IMG/VR virus record: IMGVR_UViG_3300035698_024751
Direction: 5' to 3' (one strand)
Origin: a virus
Length of the DNA: 33,431 bases
Positions 1-11,443 of this stretch are shown here, in pieces. How positions within the stretch are numbered: position 1 is the stretch's first letter; each line of letters opens with the position of its first letter. The position numbers and the translations under genes are program-made. Below the pieces are notes generated by a model, which had not been told where the DNA came from, did no database searches, and saw nothing but the letters and a program-made list of their open reading frames with translations.

Positions 1-691
<691 letters not shown>

Positions 692-692
<1 letters not shown>

Positions 693-1102
693 TATTCTAT
701 TAGATCTTGACTAATCATAGTCACATCTTCGTTCACTAAAATTACTTTATCTGTGACTATCGTGACATTACCATTACCATATAAACGGTTTCCGTCTTGC
801 CAAGACCTTGCCTTATTAAGAATTTTAGCTGGCTCGGAAGCATTTTCAATTAAAAAGTCAGTAATAATGTCGATAGTCCTGCTCGGAATTTCACCAAAAC
901 GATTATCAGCAAATCCCAAAAAAATATAATCGTTAAAAATTTCCTCAGTGAATGGGCGATTGTCTTTGATTTTGCAGAGTATTACCCTTCCATTGGTGCT
1001 ATGTTGGACCGACAACCCAACAGAATTATACGCTTCTTCTAGCGCATATAACATGTCGTAGTTGGTGCAATTCCGAACCTTCTTAAGGACCTTTGCAAGC
1101 AT
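692..1102 (-). CDS. Hypothetical protein (136 aa)
   Basis: ORF with SD GGAGGAAATAGTATG. Its stop overlaps the start of the collagen-like gene. Confidence 0.6.
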
Positions 1103-1197
1103 ACTATTTCCTCCAACATGTTTCCGCTTTATTTTTGATTATATACACACGCCAGATTAATCGTGTCTAAAGATTGCATGTTAGTTATCAAGATGAT

Positions 1198-2487
1198 TTA
1201 ATCTGCTGCAGGACCACTGCCAGGGCCTTGTGAAGTTGAACGCGCCAAACCGAATGGATCTGCAGTTTTGGAACGTTTCTTGCCTCTAAGTGATGTTCTT
1301 CCCGGATAATCACCACCTTTTATTGGTTCAATAGCTCTTTCTGGTGGGCTTTCTGGAGGAATATCATTCTTTCCTGTTGTGGAACCTTCGGGGGCATCGT
1401 CTGCATAAGACGCAAAACATTGTTTGGGGTAAGATTTGACCATCCGATGCGCTGATATGCCGAGGCCCTCTTTAAGAGCCTCGAGACGCTTGTCAATATC
1501 CTCTATCGCTGTCTCGGTCCTACTACCCAATTTTGACATCCGTTTTTGGGGTATCCGAGGTATTTCTTCCGTTGCTCCTTTACCCCAGCTAGATCGGCCT
1601 ATGCCAAGCTCGGCCAATTCTTCTGGTTTAAGCTTGCTTAAGTCCCCTATCTCCCTAATGCCAGTCGATGACTGATTAGGATCTTCAATCTTGTTAAGAA
1701 GGGCCTCTGTCTCGGCTGCGTTGCGTAATGCAATAATTTGTTTGAACACCGTACTTTCATTTCCCTTGCTTCTGAATTCACTTAATGGCTCAATAATCCA
1801 CTGCGAGGGCTTTTTCTCAACGAATATTCGTTGATATGCCTCTGCAGCTCGATTGGCCGCAGCTATTTTATTGGCTTTCCGAAAGGCTTCACTTGCGCCT
1901 CTCTCTAGTGGTGGCGATATGCAACACAAAAGAGCATCAGTCTCTCCCCTTATGCCAAACTTGTCAATTTTCTCTTCTATTCGTGATCGTACCATTCGTT
2001 CGTACTGTCTAATACCGGCTTCGTGTATCTCTTCTTCAAAATCTGGAGTAATTTCGCCTGATGTAATAATATACACATCGGCTATGAGCGACTCCGTCTC
2101 TCTATCGGCTATGGTTAGAAGCCGTCTTACATATTTGCCATTTGCTCCCATATAGTGGTGAATAGCCACGTCTTCTTTTTTGCTTAAATAAGGCCAAGTA
2201 TCATCAGTATTATCGTGGCCGTAAAATTCTTTTCGCCTCGAGTTATAATACAAATCGAAAGTTTCGCCTTCATATTTTAATTCGAGACCTTGCGGAATAT
2301 TTGAATATTCGTCTTCCGACAAGAGACTTTTGAGTAGCCTATCACCAAATTTCTTAGTTTCTATCATGCCCATCGATTTTAGGAATTTATTCCTATCCTT
2401 CTTTCCCTTGAGAAGAAAGGACAGATCTTTTTCTCCCATTATGGGAGAACCAGGATGATTAGAAATTGGTTGCCAATGGCTCATCAA
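1198..2487 (-). CDS. Hypothetical protein (429 aa), Gly/Pro-rich C-terminus
   Basis: Long ORF with SD GGAGTAAGTTGATG. Its start overlaps the stop of the 74-aa ORF (ATGA). Confidence 0.65.
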   Translation of the reverse strand: MMSHWQPISNHPGSPIMGEKDLSFLLKGKKDRNKFLKSMGMIETKKFGDRLLKSLLSEDEYSNIPQGLELKYEGETFDLYYNSRRKEFYGHDNTDDTWPYLSKKEDVAIHHYMGANGKYVRRLLTIADRETESLIADVYIITSGEITPDFEEEIHEAGIRQYERMVRSRIEEKIDKFGIRGETDALLCCISPPLERGASEAFRKANKIAAANRAAEAYQRIFVEKKPSQWIIEPLSEFRSKGNESTVFKQIIALRNAAETEALLNKIEDPNQSSTGIREIGDLSKLKPEELAELGIGRSSWGKGATEEIPRIPQKRMSKLGSRTETAIEDIDKRLEALKEGLGISAHRMVKSYPKQCFASYADDAPEGSTTGKNDIPPESPPERAIEPIKGGDYPGRTSLRGKKRSKTADPFGLARSTSQGPGSGPAAD

Positions 2488-2708
2488 CTTACTCCATGTA
2501 TATTTTTGATCGCCATCTCCGATCGTATGTCTTCAGTTAGGCTTTTTGCTCGAATCATGTTTGTCCGCACTTTGGTGCTAGCAGATCTTAGTCCGTCCTT
2601 GGCGTCACAGTAATTGTCTATACTGTTTACAATCAATATGTAAAGCTTTCCTAAGTTAGTGCCAATGATCTCTTTGGGGACACCATTCCTCTTTCCATTC
2701 GAAGACAT
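2484..2708 (-). CDS. Hypothetical small protein (74 aa)
   Basis: Perfect SD AAGGAGGTAATTTATG. Confidence 0.55.
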   Translation of the reverse strand: MSSNGKRNGVPKEIIGTNLGKLYILIVNSIDNYCDAKDGLRSASTKVRTNMIRAKSLTEDIRSEMAIKNIHGVS

Positions 2709-2738
2709 AAATTACCTCCTTGCTCGAATGAACATGGG

Positions 2739-3167
2739 CTATTTTAGTATGTTATTAAGCTGTTGGTTGAATTTATTTCGACCGGGCACTCTATCCGATA
2801 GAATATTGCTTAATCTTTTTTCAAAACTTTCCTGAGTTGCTATTGCCGCTTTCACAGCAGTTCCCGCTGGAACTGCTCCTGTTTTTGTCGCTATTTCCCC
2901 TGCCTTTTGCGCTTCTTCGGCCTTCTTGGCTATGCCTTTTGTCTCCGCTTCTCTAGCTTGTGTTTGGGTTTTTTGTCTTACTTGCAGCTCTTTAGACATG
3001 GCGGCTTTCGTATTGGCCACGCCTGCTTCGCCTTTAGCAATCTTCTGGGTGGCAGTGGCCTTTAAATCGGCGGCTTTAGCCGCAGTCTTGGCAGCTTCGG
3101 CTTTTTCCTCTTCCCCACCTCTAATTTCTGATTGTGGTTTTGCTAGTCTGGAATCTGGTTCGGCCAT
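2739..3167 (-). CDS. Low-complexity Ala/Lys/Glu/Thr-rich helical protein (142 aa), possibly scaffold-like or DNA-binding
   Basis: ORF with SD GAAGGATG. Composition KAEAAKTAAKAADLKATATQKIAKGE... Confidence 0.55.
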   Translation of the reverse strand: MAEPDSRLAKPQSEIRGGEEEKAEAAKTAAKAADLKATATQKIAKGEAGVANTKAAMSKELQVRQKTQTQAREAETKGIAKKAEEAQKAGEIATKTGAVPAGTAVKAAIATQESFEKRLSNILSDRVPGRNKFNQQLNNILK

Positions 3168-3223
3168 TTAGAACATCCTTCTCTCTCGGGGACCTCTCTA
3201 TTTTTGCGGTCTACCCAATCCGA

Positions 3224-3727
3224 TTATTTATCCGCGAGCTTCTTAATTCTTCGGTACCGATGTATCTCATATCGGTCTTCTGGAAATTGACGCGCAACTT
3301 CTGCGTCTTCTGGATTGAAATACTCTATATAGAGGTGGTCATCAACAACCAACGACATAGCGTGCGCCTTGCGATGTGAAAATCTCTTGGCGACATTAGG
3401 CAATTGATCTGGGTCTCCAATGATAATGGTCTTACGCGGAAAAGTCAACATAAGCGGGTCATAGTTTTTAAATACACCATGGTCATTGAGGCTATGATCA
3501 GAAATAAACGGCCTTATTGGTCTATCTCGAAGGCCATTTTCTGCGACGAATTTCTCGAGAGTGGGGAGAAGCTCTCTACCATTTAAGCCACGATGAATGC
3601 TAGTCATAGTCCGGCGTCTATATCCACCAGACATCGACATCTGATCATGTAGATCAGGCGCATTCTGTCGTAACCATACATGAAAAGGCTTGAAATCAAC
3701 CAGCCTATATAATTCTTTTATTTCCAT
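3224..3727 (-). CDS. Hypothetical protein (167 aa)
   Basis: ORF. Its start overlaps the stop of the upstream gene by 1 nt. Confidence 0.6.
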   Translation of the reverse strand: MEIKELYRLVDFKPFHVWLRQNAPDLHDQMSMSGGYRRRTMTSIHRGLNGRELLPTLEKFVAENGLRDRPIRPFISDHSLNDHGVFKNYDPLMLTFPRKTIIIGDPDQLPNVAKRFSHRKAHAMSLVVDDHLYIEYFNPEDAEVARQFPEDRYEIHRYRRIKKLADK

Positions 3728-4461
3728 TAATCATTGCTGGGGAAAATTATAAAAGGAATTTTAGAAACGTCACCGACTGTACTAATTGCTTGCCCATTGC
3801 TGATTTTCTCAAGCAATTCAGTAGATAATGTTTCATTTTCTATGAATCCTTTATATCCTGAATTAGGAACTCCCAAGCCCTCTAAACCATCTAATGTTGG
3901 CCAGGCCATTGCTGGATGGCCTCTTCCTTGCTCTATTGGGACTGTGATGCATGCGCTGGTTTCGGATTCACCACCACCACAAGTTACATCGGCACCAATA
4001 CTACGCTTAATGACAAGCCATTGTTGCCCTGCGTATTCAACATAAGCACCACAACATGCGCCAGTTCTCCATCCTCTTATATAAAATTGGATCATTTTGT
4101 AATACATTTGGCATCCGACTTCAGCCTTGGTAAATATTAGTTTGTCGCCATTGAGGGTGCCTGCGAGTGCATTTGTGCTCGACGCAAATGTCAAAGACCC
4201 TCCGCGAGAATCAGTAGCTATGATATCCTTTATCGCACCCAAGTTGCCCATGGTAATTGTTAAAGACCAACCTGAATTAGGAGTCGATTCCAAATATCCT
4301 ATAGTCCCGCCTTTAAAGTTTGGCAAAGCTGTTAATTCCCAATCAGCAGCAAATGCATTCACATCAGAACTCAGCGAAATAGGAATAAGCTCGCCGGTTG
4401 CTTCTGAAACTTCTATCGACTGATTGTAACCGCTACCCGAAGCAGTTATGTTATATGACAT
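3727..4461 (-). CDS. Hypothetical Gly/Ser/Thr-rich protein (244 aa) with a Cys cluster, probably structural
   Basis: ORF immediately downstream of the 1022-aa gene (stop 4462, start 4461). Confidence 0.65.
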   Translation of the reverse strand: MSYNITASGSGYNQSIEVSEATGELIPISLSSDVNAFAADWELTALPNFKGGTIGYLESTPNSGWSLTITMGNLGAIKDIIATDSRGGSLTFASSTNALAGTLNGDKLIFTKAEVGCQMYYKMIQFYIRGWRTGACCGAYVEYAGQQWLVIKRSIGADVTCGGGESETSACITVPIEQGRGHPAMAWPTLDGLEGLGVPNSGYKGFIENETLSTELLEKISNGQAISTVGDVSKIPFIIFPSND

Positions 4462-7400
4462 TCACCCGTCTGGGCATGCACTGACTGTTTCACTGCTGTT
4501 TACAAAGAACACGGCGAGTCTATCATCATATTGCGTGAAAAAGACCTTAGCTGTGTCAGCTTCAGCTTCAGTACCAGCCGGTGCACTACCAGCCATCATC
4601 AGCGACCAGAATGTACTGGGATCACTACTAGTGACAAAAGGCCTAATGGCACCAATTAGTGTTTCGGACCTCACCTCATTCCTAAAGACATAGATGGCAT
4701 CTGCATCTTCGCCAGCTGTCAAATTCTCAAGAGGATCGTCGAAGCACGATGCGTCATTAATGCATATGATTATTGGGTCGCCCGCATTGTCCGAGGTGGT
4801 TGTGTCATCAATGAAAAACTTAATGTCGCCACCTGAGTGACTAAAGATAGTCGTAATGCCTTCATATGCTTCTCTAGCCTCATCCTCTGAGATAAACCCG
4901 CCTTGATATCGAGCCTCCCCCAGTTCCGGGAATTTGATTTCCGTGGGTGGTCCTGCAATCCTTTGGTCAGTTTGTATATCAGCAACGAAAGAATTATAAA
5001 TTATCGTGACATCTCCACGATAAATGCTAGTTACCTTAGACTTGACTTTTTTGGTGGTGGCAGGCGGTCTGATTGTAACCTGAACAGTCTGATAGCCCCC
5101 GATAGTTACAATCTTCGGGCAGCACTGAATGATTTGAGCGACATAGTCACCAGCTGGAAGATCAATGATGACTGCATTGTTCTCGTCTCCCGCATTCAAT
5201 AGCGGATCGACTTCAATCTCTATATAGCAACCAACACAATCGTCTGGGCCTGTGATTATTGGAATATCTTCATTTGCTTCGTCTTCAGTGCAGTTTTTCC
5301 ATTGGTCCCATTTGTATTCTTTTCGGTTATCTAAACCATCAACAACAATCGATTTATCAGCTTGAATAGCGGCTATCCTTGCTGATTCTATATATCTCCT
5401 CTCGCCCTGATTTTTAGTCCTGCTCCTACAATTCTCTAAAGCGCAACATAAAGCATATTTCTGCTCGTAGAAAAGGGTGGACATCGTTTTAATCCACGAT
5501 TGGACTAGAAGTTCTTTTTCCTGTTTCATGCCATTCAGCAATTGTAGGAATCTTTCATTGAACTGATTCACTATTGTGGTCAAGTCTATGTAATACAAGT
5601 TTGTACAAACCTTGCAAGCAACAGCGCAATCAGGTGATAAGGTGTTCGTCCTGACTACGTTAGGGCTGTCCATGTTTATAGCTAATATCCATGGGCTTCT
5701 TAAGTCAGTTGGCTGAATAAACTCAGAACACGCATTGACATCACCAACGTATCCTCGGGTAGCAACTAGGTAGTTCTCGTCGGGACCAACTTTTTCTACG
5801 TTGATGTCCACAATTGCCTTGAGTATGTCCTGATCGATTGCCTCGAAGTTTGATCCTTCAGGTAACAACGAGATATTAAATGGCGCGTTAGACCCATCGA
5901 CTCCAACATCTCCTGCGGGGCCGGTTTCTAAACGGTCTATGCCATCGGCACCACGTAAGCCTGTATTTCCCTTACGGCCTTGGATCTGAGTATAAGTTAG
6001 ATTGCCTCTATTGACCATCTCTTCGATTAATTGCGCCCAGTTAATCTTGAAAGAATAGCCTGCTGTATTCTCGTGCAAACCCCATGGATCTTCAGTGTCA
6101 ATGGCGTATCCCTTTAATGCCAAGCTATGCTCTATAAACAAATCCCTATCAAGCGAGTATAAACCAACCTGCCCAGATTTGAATGTTATAGGACAGTCTT
6201 GGCCCGTAATCGTTGTACGCAATGGCGGGATTAAGAGCTGTTGCAGTTTCTTGTAGTCGGTATTAGCCATTAGGCCATCACTTTGAGGACTTGCAAGACC
6301 TAACGCGTCATATCCACTTACTAAAATCCAAGCGTTAGTACCAGCATCATATTTGAAGAACACACCCTTGATGATTTCGAAAATTAAGCCATGTGGAGGG
6401 TCTGCGGGGAATCCTATTGAAGATATATTGAAACCTAAATCAGCGAAAAACTTTACCCCATTAGTAAAACTCATAAAGTAATGTATCGAACCTATGTATC
6501 CGTAATTGCTCAACAACGGACCACATTCGAATTGTTCATAGAATTCACGATCTGGTTTAACCCATTTTCCATTTTTTAAGCGATAGATCTTATTCTCTTC
6601 TGCCCATTCTAAATGCTTGTCGACATCGCACCCTGATCCATCTTGGTGCGCACCTGATATCGAATGATTGTAGATTAGCTCTTGATGATCTTTACGAGAC
6701 AAATCGAGCAATTCACCGGTTGTGATTGGGTCACCGGTAACATTAAATTTAAGCTCACCATCTCGATGATATATTACTACGATTTCGAGCGAAATAGAAT
6801 GGGAAAGCAAATCGATTGTATTACCGACTTCCGATCGAATAGCATGTTTATGAGTGCCATATTTCTCGCTCGTCGCGTATTGAACTAGGCCGTTAAGCAC
6901 CTGATGGATATGGTCATCGGCCTTAGTCGATACCCCGTTAATTCTTTCTATTTTAACAGCCGATAGAGCCGAGAAATAAAGCAAATGATCGTGGAAACCA
7001 TCGCTTAGGAGCTGTGCCTCGTTATCAATAGCGCCAGTAAAATTTGGTGGACTGCCGTGGGTTGGTGGAGTAACATCTTCGATGGTGACAGGTAGGCCTT
7101 CCACCTTCCAATGCTTTCTCTGTTCTTCTATAATTTCAGTTGGGTTTTCTGTGCCGCCTGTGGGTTCTAGTTGACTATCGTCATATTCAGTGGCCACAAA
7201 ATCCAAATTGTCGCGATTGGCAGCAATAAGGCTGTAACTGATTTGCTCGGGCTCGTAGAAATAGGTCGGTGGCGTCCCAGTAACAATAGTCAAGTTGTTA
7301 GTTGGTTGGGGCACTATTGTTACCGGCCCCTCTTCGATCATCGCCTCATAAAAACCATCAGCGTTAGTAAAGATCCATTCTTTTACTGCAAATTGGCCGC

Positions 7401-7530
7401 CCACAACGATTGCTGTGATCTCTATCAAGATATTTGGTAGAGTGTCGCCAGCATCGTCAGTTATGTAGCCAGAAACCCTGATTGCTGGTTCAGGCGTAGG
7501 TGTTCCAGCTGTGAAAGTCGTCAGTGCCAT
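4462..7530 (-). CDS. Large structural-type protein (1022 aa) with an internal collagen-like segment (GRKGNTGLRGADGIDRLETGPAGDVGVDGSNAP, approx. nt 5915-5995); tail-fibre/baseplate-like by analogy
   Basis: Uninterrupted 3-kb ORF. TAATG overlap with the upstream 665-aa gene. Gly-X-Y run read directly. Confidence 0.8.
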   Translation of the reverse strand: MALTTFTAGTPTPEPAIRVSGYITDDAGDTLPNILIEITAIVVGGQFAVKEWIFTNADGFYEAMIEEGPVTIVPQPTNNLTIVTGTPPTYFYEPEQISYSLIAANRDNLDFVATEYDDSQLEPTGGTENPTEIIEEQRKHWKVEGLPVTIEDVTPPTHGSPPNFTGAIDNEAQLLSDGFHDHLLYFSALSAVKIERINGVSTKADDHIHQVLNGLVQYATSEKYGTHKHAIRSEVGNTIDLLSHSISLEIVVIYHRDGELKFNVTGDPITTGELLDLSRKDHQELIYNHSISGAHQDGSGCDVDKHLEWAEENKIYRLKNGKWVKPDREFYEQFECGPLLSNYGYIGSIHYFMSFTNGVKFFADLGFNISSIGFPADPPHGLIFEIIKGVFFKYDAGTNAWILVSGYDALGLASPQSDGLMANTDYKKLQQLLIPPLRTTITGQDCPITFKSGQVGLYSLDRDLFIEHSLALKGYAIDTEDPWGLHENTAGYSFKINWAQLIEEMVNRGNLTYTQIQGRKGNTGLRGADGIDRLETGPAGDVGVDGSNAPFNISLLPEGSNFEAIDQDILKAIVDINVEKVGPDENYLVATRGYVGDVNACSEFIQPTDLRSPWILAINMDSPNVVRTNTLSPDCAVACKVCTNLYYIDLTTIVNQFNERFLQLLNGMKQEKELLVQSWIKTMSTLFYEQKYALCCALENCRSRTKNQGERRYIESARIAAIQADKSIVVDGLDNRKEYKWDQWKNCTEDEANEDIPIITGPDDCVGCYIEIEVDPLLNAGDENNAVIIDLPAGDYVAQIIQCCPKIVTIGGYQTVQVTIRPPATTKKVKSKVTSIYRGDVTIIYNSFVADIQTDQRIAGPPTEIKFPELGEARYQGGFISEDEAREAYEGITTIFSHSGGDIKFFIDDTTTSDNAGDPIIICINDASCFDDPLENLTAGEDADAIYVFRNEVRSETLIGAIRPFVTSSDPSTFWSLMMAGSAPAGTEAEADTAKVFFTQYDDRLAVFFVNSSETVSACPDG

Positions 7531-9527
7531 TAAGCACCTTCATGAATTCTATAAACTCTTAATTGAATAGGGCCCTGCCCAGACGAACAAAGCATCCCGA
7601 ATGCTGTTGGGTATCCCTGAGTCCATGTGCCAAACCCAAAGCGAATAGCTATCCCTCGCCCTTTTTCCTGTAACGCCGAAACAGCTTCTTCTCCTGTAAG
7701 ATTCAACCCCCCATTGCCAGTAATCTCAATCTCCATAGTTCTCTCAGTCAGTAGTGTTGATTTGTATGCGGCCTCTACCGAAACTTTGTCCATTTTATCG
7801 TAGGCTACAGAAACAGTTGGGAACCATATAGTCCCAGGTGGTTGGTATGAACCACGAGGATAGAGGTTAAGACCAACTGGGACAGCTTCGCTGTCCTGCG
7901 GCCCAATTCTCCACCCAAAAGATGCGTCCCACGGAGCGCTCATGGCCCCACCTACATATTCGAAAATATAAATCCCATCGGGAATCCCTCGCTCCGAGTA
8001 GGCCGCGTCTTTATTTGGATAATACAATGTTTGCGAGGACCTACCAGTGTCAAGGTCTTGACATGGAGACCACCCTGTTACTTCTACTATTCCGAGATCT
8101 TCGCATTGTGGGTCTACATATGGAGAGGACGAGCCATAATATGCTTCGATTATTCCGCTGCAGTTGCCCGGAACCGGGTCCCCCTCACTATGACAATCTC
8201 TCAGGTCCATACAGTATTCTAGTGGCATGTCCCATTCGCATTCAGCAACAGAATTAGCCAAATTAGTTAATAGCTCTCTGGCATTAGCATCTTTCTGCTC
8301 GATAAATTCCCGAACTTGTTTATTCATAGTCGTTTCGGCTTTGGTAAGCTTACTTCGCAAGATTGAACTCATTGAATCTAACACGCTCGACAAATTGGTA
8401 ACATTAAGTTGAGTTTGGTGAATCGAGTTATCTTCAATGTCTCGTGATATTTCAACTCCCTCTGGATAATAGCACACCTCTATGTCAGTTGGTGTTGTAT
8501 CGTTTGCTGCTTTAGAAATCTCATGTGCAAGTTCATTGTCTGTAAATACCATTGATCTCGTGATTGGCTGCACAATTACCTTGCTAGCAGGGAGACCGGA
8601 CGCAGGCGTTCTTACCTTCCCTTTAATAATGTTCAACGTGCCGCCTTCATTGTCTAGCTCCATATCGACAACAGCAGTGTCATAAACCTCATCAACATCT
8701 TGAATTTTAATGCCTGTAAAAACGGATGATGCTACCGCGTCATCTCCAGAATCTCCAGATTCACCTTGCGGCCCATCTCCAGTACCATCAGTGCCAGAAA
8801 GTCCCTTGGGTCCTACATTTCCTTTTAGCCCTTGACATCCTGGCACAACAACACAAAACATCTTAAGGAATTTCTCGCTCATGGTAAAATTAAGCCCTGA
8901 TGGTAATTTGCCTTCTTGGTCTACCCAGTTGGCTCTCGTACACACCTCGATCGGATTGCCGTCTCCATCAACACAAGCAATATCGAGTGACTCACTTAAA
9001 AACTCAATATCACCATGCATAATGCCGCTTGGGTCAAGCTGTGTTGATTCAAAAATTGAAAATTTATTGTCTCTGATATTCTCGAGAATATCCCCCTCAA
9101 CATCAATGAAAGCAGTTCCACTCTCGAATATCAGATATCGCTGGTCTTTATAGGACCCATCATCAAATTGTAAAATCTGACCAGAATGGTCAGCCGCCAA
9201 ACTATCTACAGTAATCCGAGTGCCAGACGGAATCATCTGTGATTTCAACACTACACCTGTGAGAATTGGAGTGGGATTAACTTCAACTAGACTAAGTAAA
9301 GGACGCGTCAAAAGCCCAAAATGCCCGCCCTTGGTCGGGATTCCATCAAGCAATATCTTGTGTCTGGCCGTCAACAATCCAAACTGCTCTTCTGTAGCAG
9401 CAGGAATTTCTGTGGCTCGACCTATTTTACGCCACACCCTGCTCTCTTCATCATATTTCCACCTAATACGATCGTAAGATATAAATATCTGACCATCGAA
9501 AGGCCTCGGAGGAAATGATGTCGCCAT
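7530..9527 (-). CDS. Large structural-type protein (665 aa) with a collagen-like segment (GCQGLKGNVGPKGLSGTDGTGDGPQGESGDSGDD, approx. nt 8755-8865)
   Basis: 2-kb ORF with SD AAAGGATTTAAGATATG. Gly-X-Y run read directly. Confidence 0.8.
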   Translation of the reverse strand: MATSFPPRPFDGQIFISYDRIRWKYDEESRVWRKIGRATEIPAATEEQFGLLTARHKILLDGIPTKGGHFGLLTRPLLSLVEVNPTPILTGVVLKSQMIPSGTRITVDSLAADHSGQILQFDDGSYKDQRYLIFESGTAFIDVEGDILENIRDNKFSIFESTQLDPSGIMHGDIEFLSESLDIACVDGDGNPIEVCTRANWVDQEGKLPSGLNFTMSEKFLKMFCVVVPGCQGLKGNVGPKGLSGTDGTGDGPQGESGDSGDDAVASSVFTGIKIQDVDEVYDTAVVDMELDNEGGTLNIIKGKVRTPASGLPASKVIVQPITRSMVFTDNELAHEISKAANDTTPTDIEVCYYPEGVEISRDIEDNSIHQTQLNVTNLSSVLDSMSSILRSKLTKAETTMNKQVREFIEQKDANARELLTNLANSVAECEWDMPLEYCMDLRDCHSEGDPVPGNCSGIIEAYYGSSSPYVDPQCEDLGIVEVTGWSPCQDLDTGRSSQTLYYPNKDAAYSERGIPDGIYIFEYVGGAMSAPWDASFGWRIGPQDSEAVPVGLNLYPRGSYQPPGTIWFPTVSVAYDKMDKVSVEAAYKSTLLTERTMEIEITGNGGLNLTGEEAVSALQEKGRGIAIRFGFGTWTQGYPTAFGMLCSSGQGPIQLRVYRIHEGA

Positions 9528-9676
9528 ATCTTAAATCCTTTTTCGAACTTGCTCTTCCCTGCGTTTTTATTTGCGAGAGCTATCTGGACAACCCTTTACA
9601 TGCTAGAAGGCCAGAGAAATACCTTCCTGAAGCCAAGAAATATGGCCCTCGTACTGTACCTAATGTGTAGGGAAGC

Positions 9677-11431
9677 TTAAGGTGTCTGCCATGTGTCGCC
9701 ATTAAAGAACATGACATTGGTGCCGTTATACCATCTATCACCAAAGATGGGGTCGCGCCCAAGCAATATTTTAAGCCTTGGCAAAATATCTGTATCATAA
9801 TCATAAGTAGGACTTGCGCCTCCCTTAACCACCATCTTGACCAGCTTATGAATATAAGTCGCAGCCCAGGCGTTTCTCTCAATATCTGCATTGTTGCCCA
9901 GCGCTGTAGGTAGTTGCGGGTCATTCAGCCAATCATGTTTTAATCCCAGACCTTCATCGGTCTCTACCACATATCTATTAGCTAATTTAGGGTCACCACT
10001 AATGTCCGTGCGAGTGCTCAATGAGCCTCGTAAAGCTTGCGCCTGGCCTATAGTTGGTGCGTACTTAGGCACTCTACTAACTGCAAAAGCAGACAATCTT
10101 GTGATTGTGTCTATGAAGTTAACAGTAGGTGGGACATCCAGCACGGAAATAAACATGTTAAAGAAATCGTCGATAGCGCTAGATGTTCCGCTCCATAGAG
10201 ATGAGAGCACCACGTGACCAAGACCAAAGCCTTGCAGCCATTCAGTTCCCGTTTTATTCCATAAATTTACGACTGGCGTTATAGTTTTGATAGTTGCAGT
10301 AGTGTCAGTCCTGTTGAGAACTAGCTCCGCGAACTCGATCGGAACTATACTAGGAGTAGCCACATTATAAGTAGCGAACATGACCTTTATTTGGTTAGAA
10401 GAAGCGTCTTGTCTTATGATGCTACTAACATAGACAGGGAAAAAATCTCCAGAGCCAATAGAAGGCTTATCTCCAGCCGGTGCACAGATATTGAGCTCAG
10501 TGAATAGCCCGATTGGAATTTCGATATTGGGATGACTAGAAGACACTAAATTGGTTACATTGGAGTCGAATGGGTAGTTTGCCGCAGCTATCCACGCACC
10601 AAAATCCGAATCCATAGGCGGCACATTTATGGTCGCACTATCAGTCAGCATACCGGTTCCATGGCTAAATGCACTCAAGCTAAAGTCATCATGCTGAGTT
10701 GCGCTACCAGCGACTGAATCCATCAGCTCATATACTGCTGGCGTCGTATAGAATCCATCAGTTCCAATAGTTCCACCAGTCGGTGGCGCAACCCAATCGA
10801 AGAATGCTTCTGCCTCTTCCTCATCAACATCTAAAGTAAGGAAAGTGACAAAACCATCAATCGTCTCTTCTTCACCAGCTGGAATTCTCACTGGCTCTTC
10901 AAGGATCGATGGAATAGAAACTCTGTCAACTTGGTATGTTAAGACACTATCTATTTTGTAATCAACTTGGAATAAAGACACCTCCACACTCGAATTCTTT
11001 TCTCGTCCTGTGAAGACAAATCTGATAATCCCAGTATAATCGCTGCTAGTGCCGCCTGTGCCTGGATTATCGCCAGACATACGCTTTACCTTAGCTAGTC
11101 GGATCCATTCCCATTTAGCCGGTAGAGATGCATGCATGTCCCAGATCATACTAACCGGCACTGTAGTGACTGAAGTTCCTGACTGCAAATACGGCTGGAC
11201 CCTGAAAGGGAATATAGCCTGATGACCGAGGCTCACATTAAGTGTGTCTATCGCTTTAGCTAAAATTAGCTGGCGAGCAGCGATATCGCTCATGGGGCGG
11301 TTGGTAGCACCAAAATAGACAGGATCTGCAGCAGATAGCCATCTGATATTCAATGTATCATCAGTGGTAAATCTGCTAAACAGTTGGCCTGGCGTTATCG
11401 ATGGTATTAATCCGGGATGAATCGTCGTCAT
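9677..11431 (-). CDS. Hypothetical protein (584 aa), probably a virion protein
   Basis: Long ORF with SD GGAGAAATAAGATG. Confidence 0.75.
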   Translation of the reverse strand: MTTIHPGLIPSITPGQLFSRFTTDDTLNIRWLSAADPVYFGATNRPMSDIAARQLILAKAIDTLNVSLGHQAIFPFRVQPYLQSGTSVTTVPVSMIWDMHASLPAKWEWIRLAKVKRMSGDNPGTGGTSSDYTGIIRFVFTGREKNSSVEVSLFQVDYKIDSVLTYQVDRVSIPSILEEPVRIPAGEEETIDGFVTFLTLDVDEEEAEAFFDWVAPPTGGTIGTDGFYTTPAVYELMDSVAGSATQHDDFSLSAFSHGTGMLTDSATINVPPMDSDFGAWIAAANYPFDSNVTNLVSSSHPNIEIPIGLFTELNICAPAGDKPSIGSGDFFPVYVSSIIRQDASSNQIKVMFATYNVATPSIVPIEFAELVLNRTDTTATIKTITPVVNLWNKTGTEWLQGFGLGHVVLSSLWSGTSSAIDDFFNMFISVLDVPPTVNFIDTITRLSAFAVSRVPKYAPTIGQAQALRGSLSTRTDISGDPKLANRYVVETDEGLGLKHDWLNDPQLPTALGNNADIERNAWAATYIHKLVKMVVKGGASPTYDYDTDILPRLKILLGRDPIFGDRWYNGTNVMFFNGDTWQTP

Positions 11432-11443
11432 CTTATTTCTCCA

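Noticed and set aside
1140-1175. Sigma70-like promoter (TTAGAC ... TATAAT) upstream of the 136-aa gene, and similar hexamers upstream of MVP (TTAATT-16-TAGTAT) and at 25195-25200 (TATAAT)
   Set aside because: Spacing to candidate -35 elements is non-canonical (21 nt in the first case) or the -35 match is poor. AT-rich intergenic DNA yields such hexamers by chance, and the host transcription machinery is unknown. Not called as features.
3224-3727. Motif TIIIGDPDQLPNV resembling helicase motif III (GDxxQLPP) of RecD/Dda-like helicases
   Set aside because: The protein is only 167 aa, lacks any Walker A/B motif, and the resemblance is a single short patch. Left as hypothetical.
9580-9924. Minus-strand ORF (114 aa) overlapping the 3' end of the 584-aa gene
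   Set aside because: It lies in an alternative frame largely inside a much longer, well-supported ORF. No independent support.
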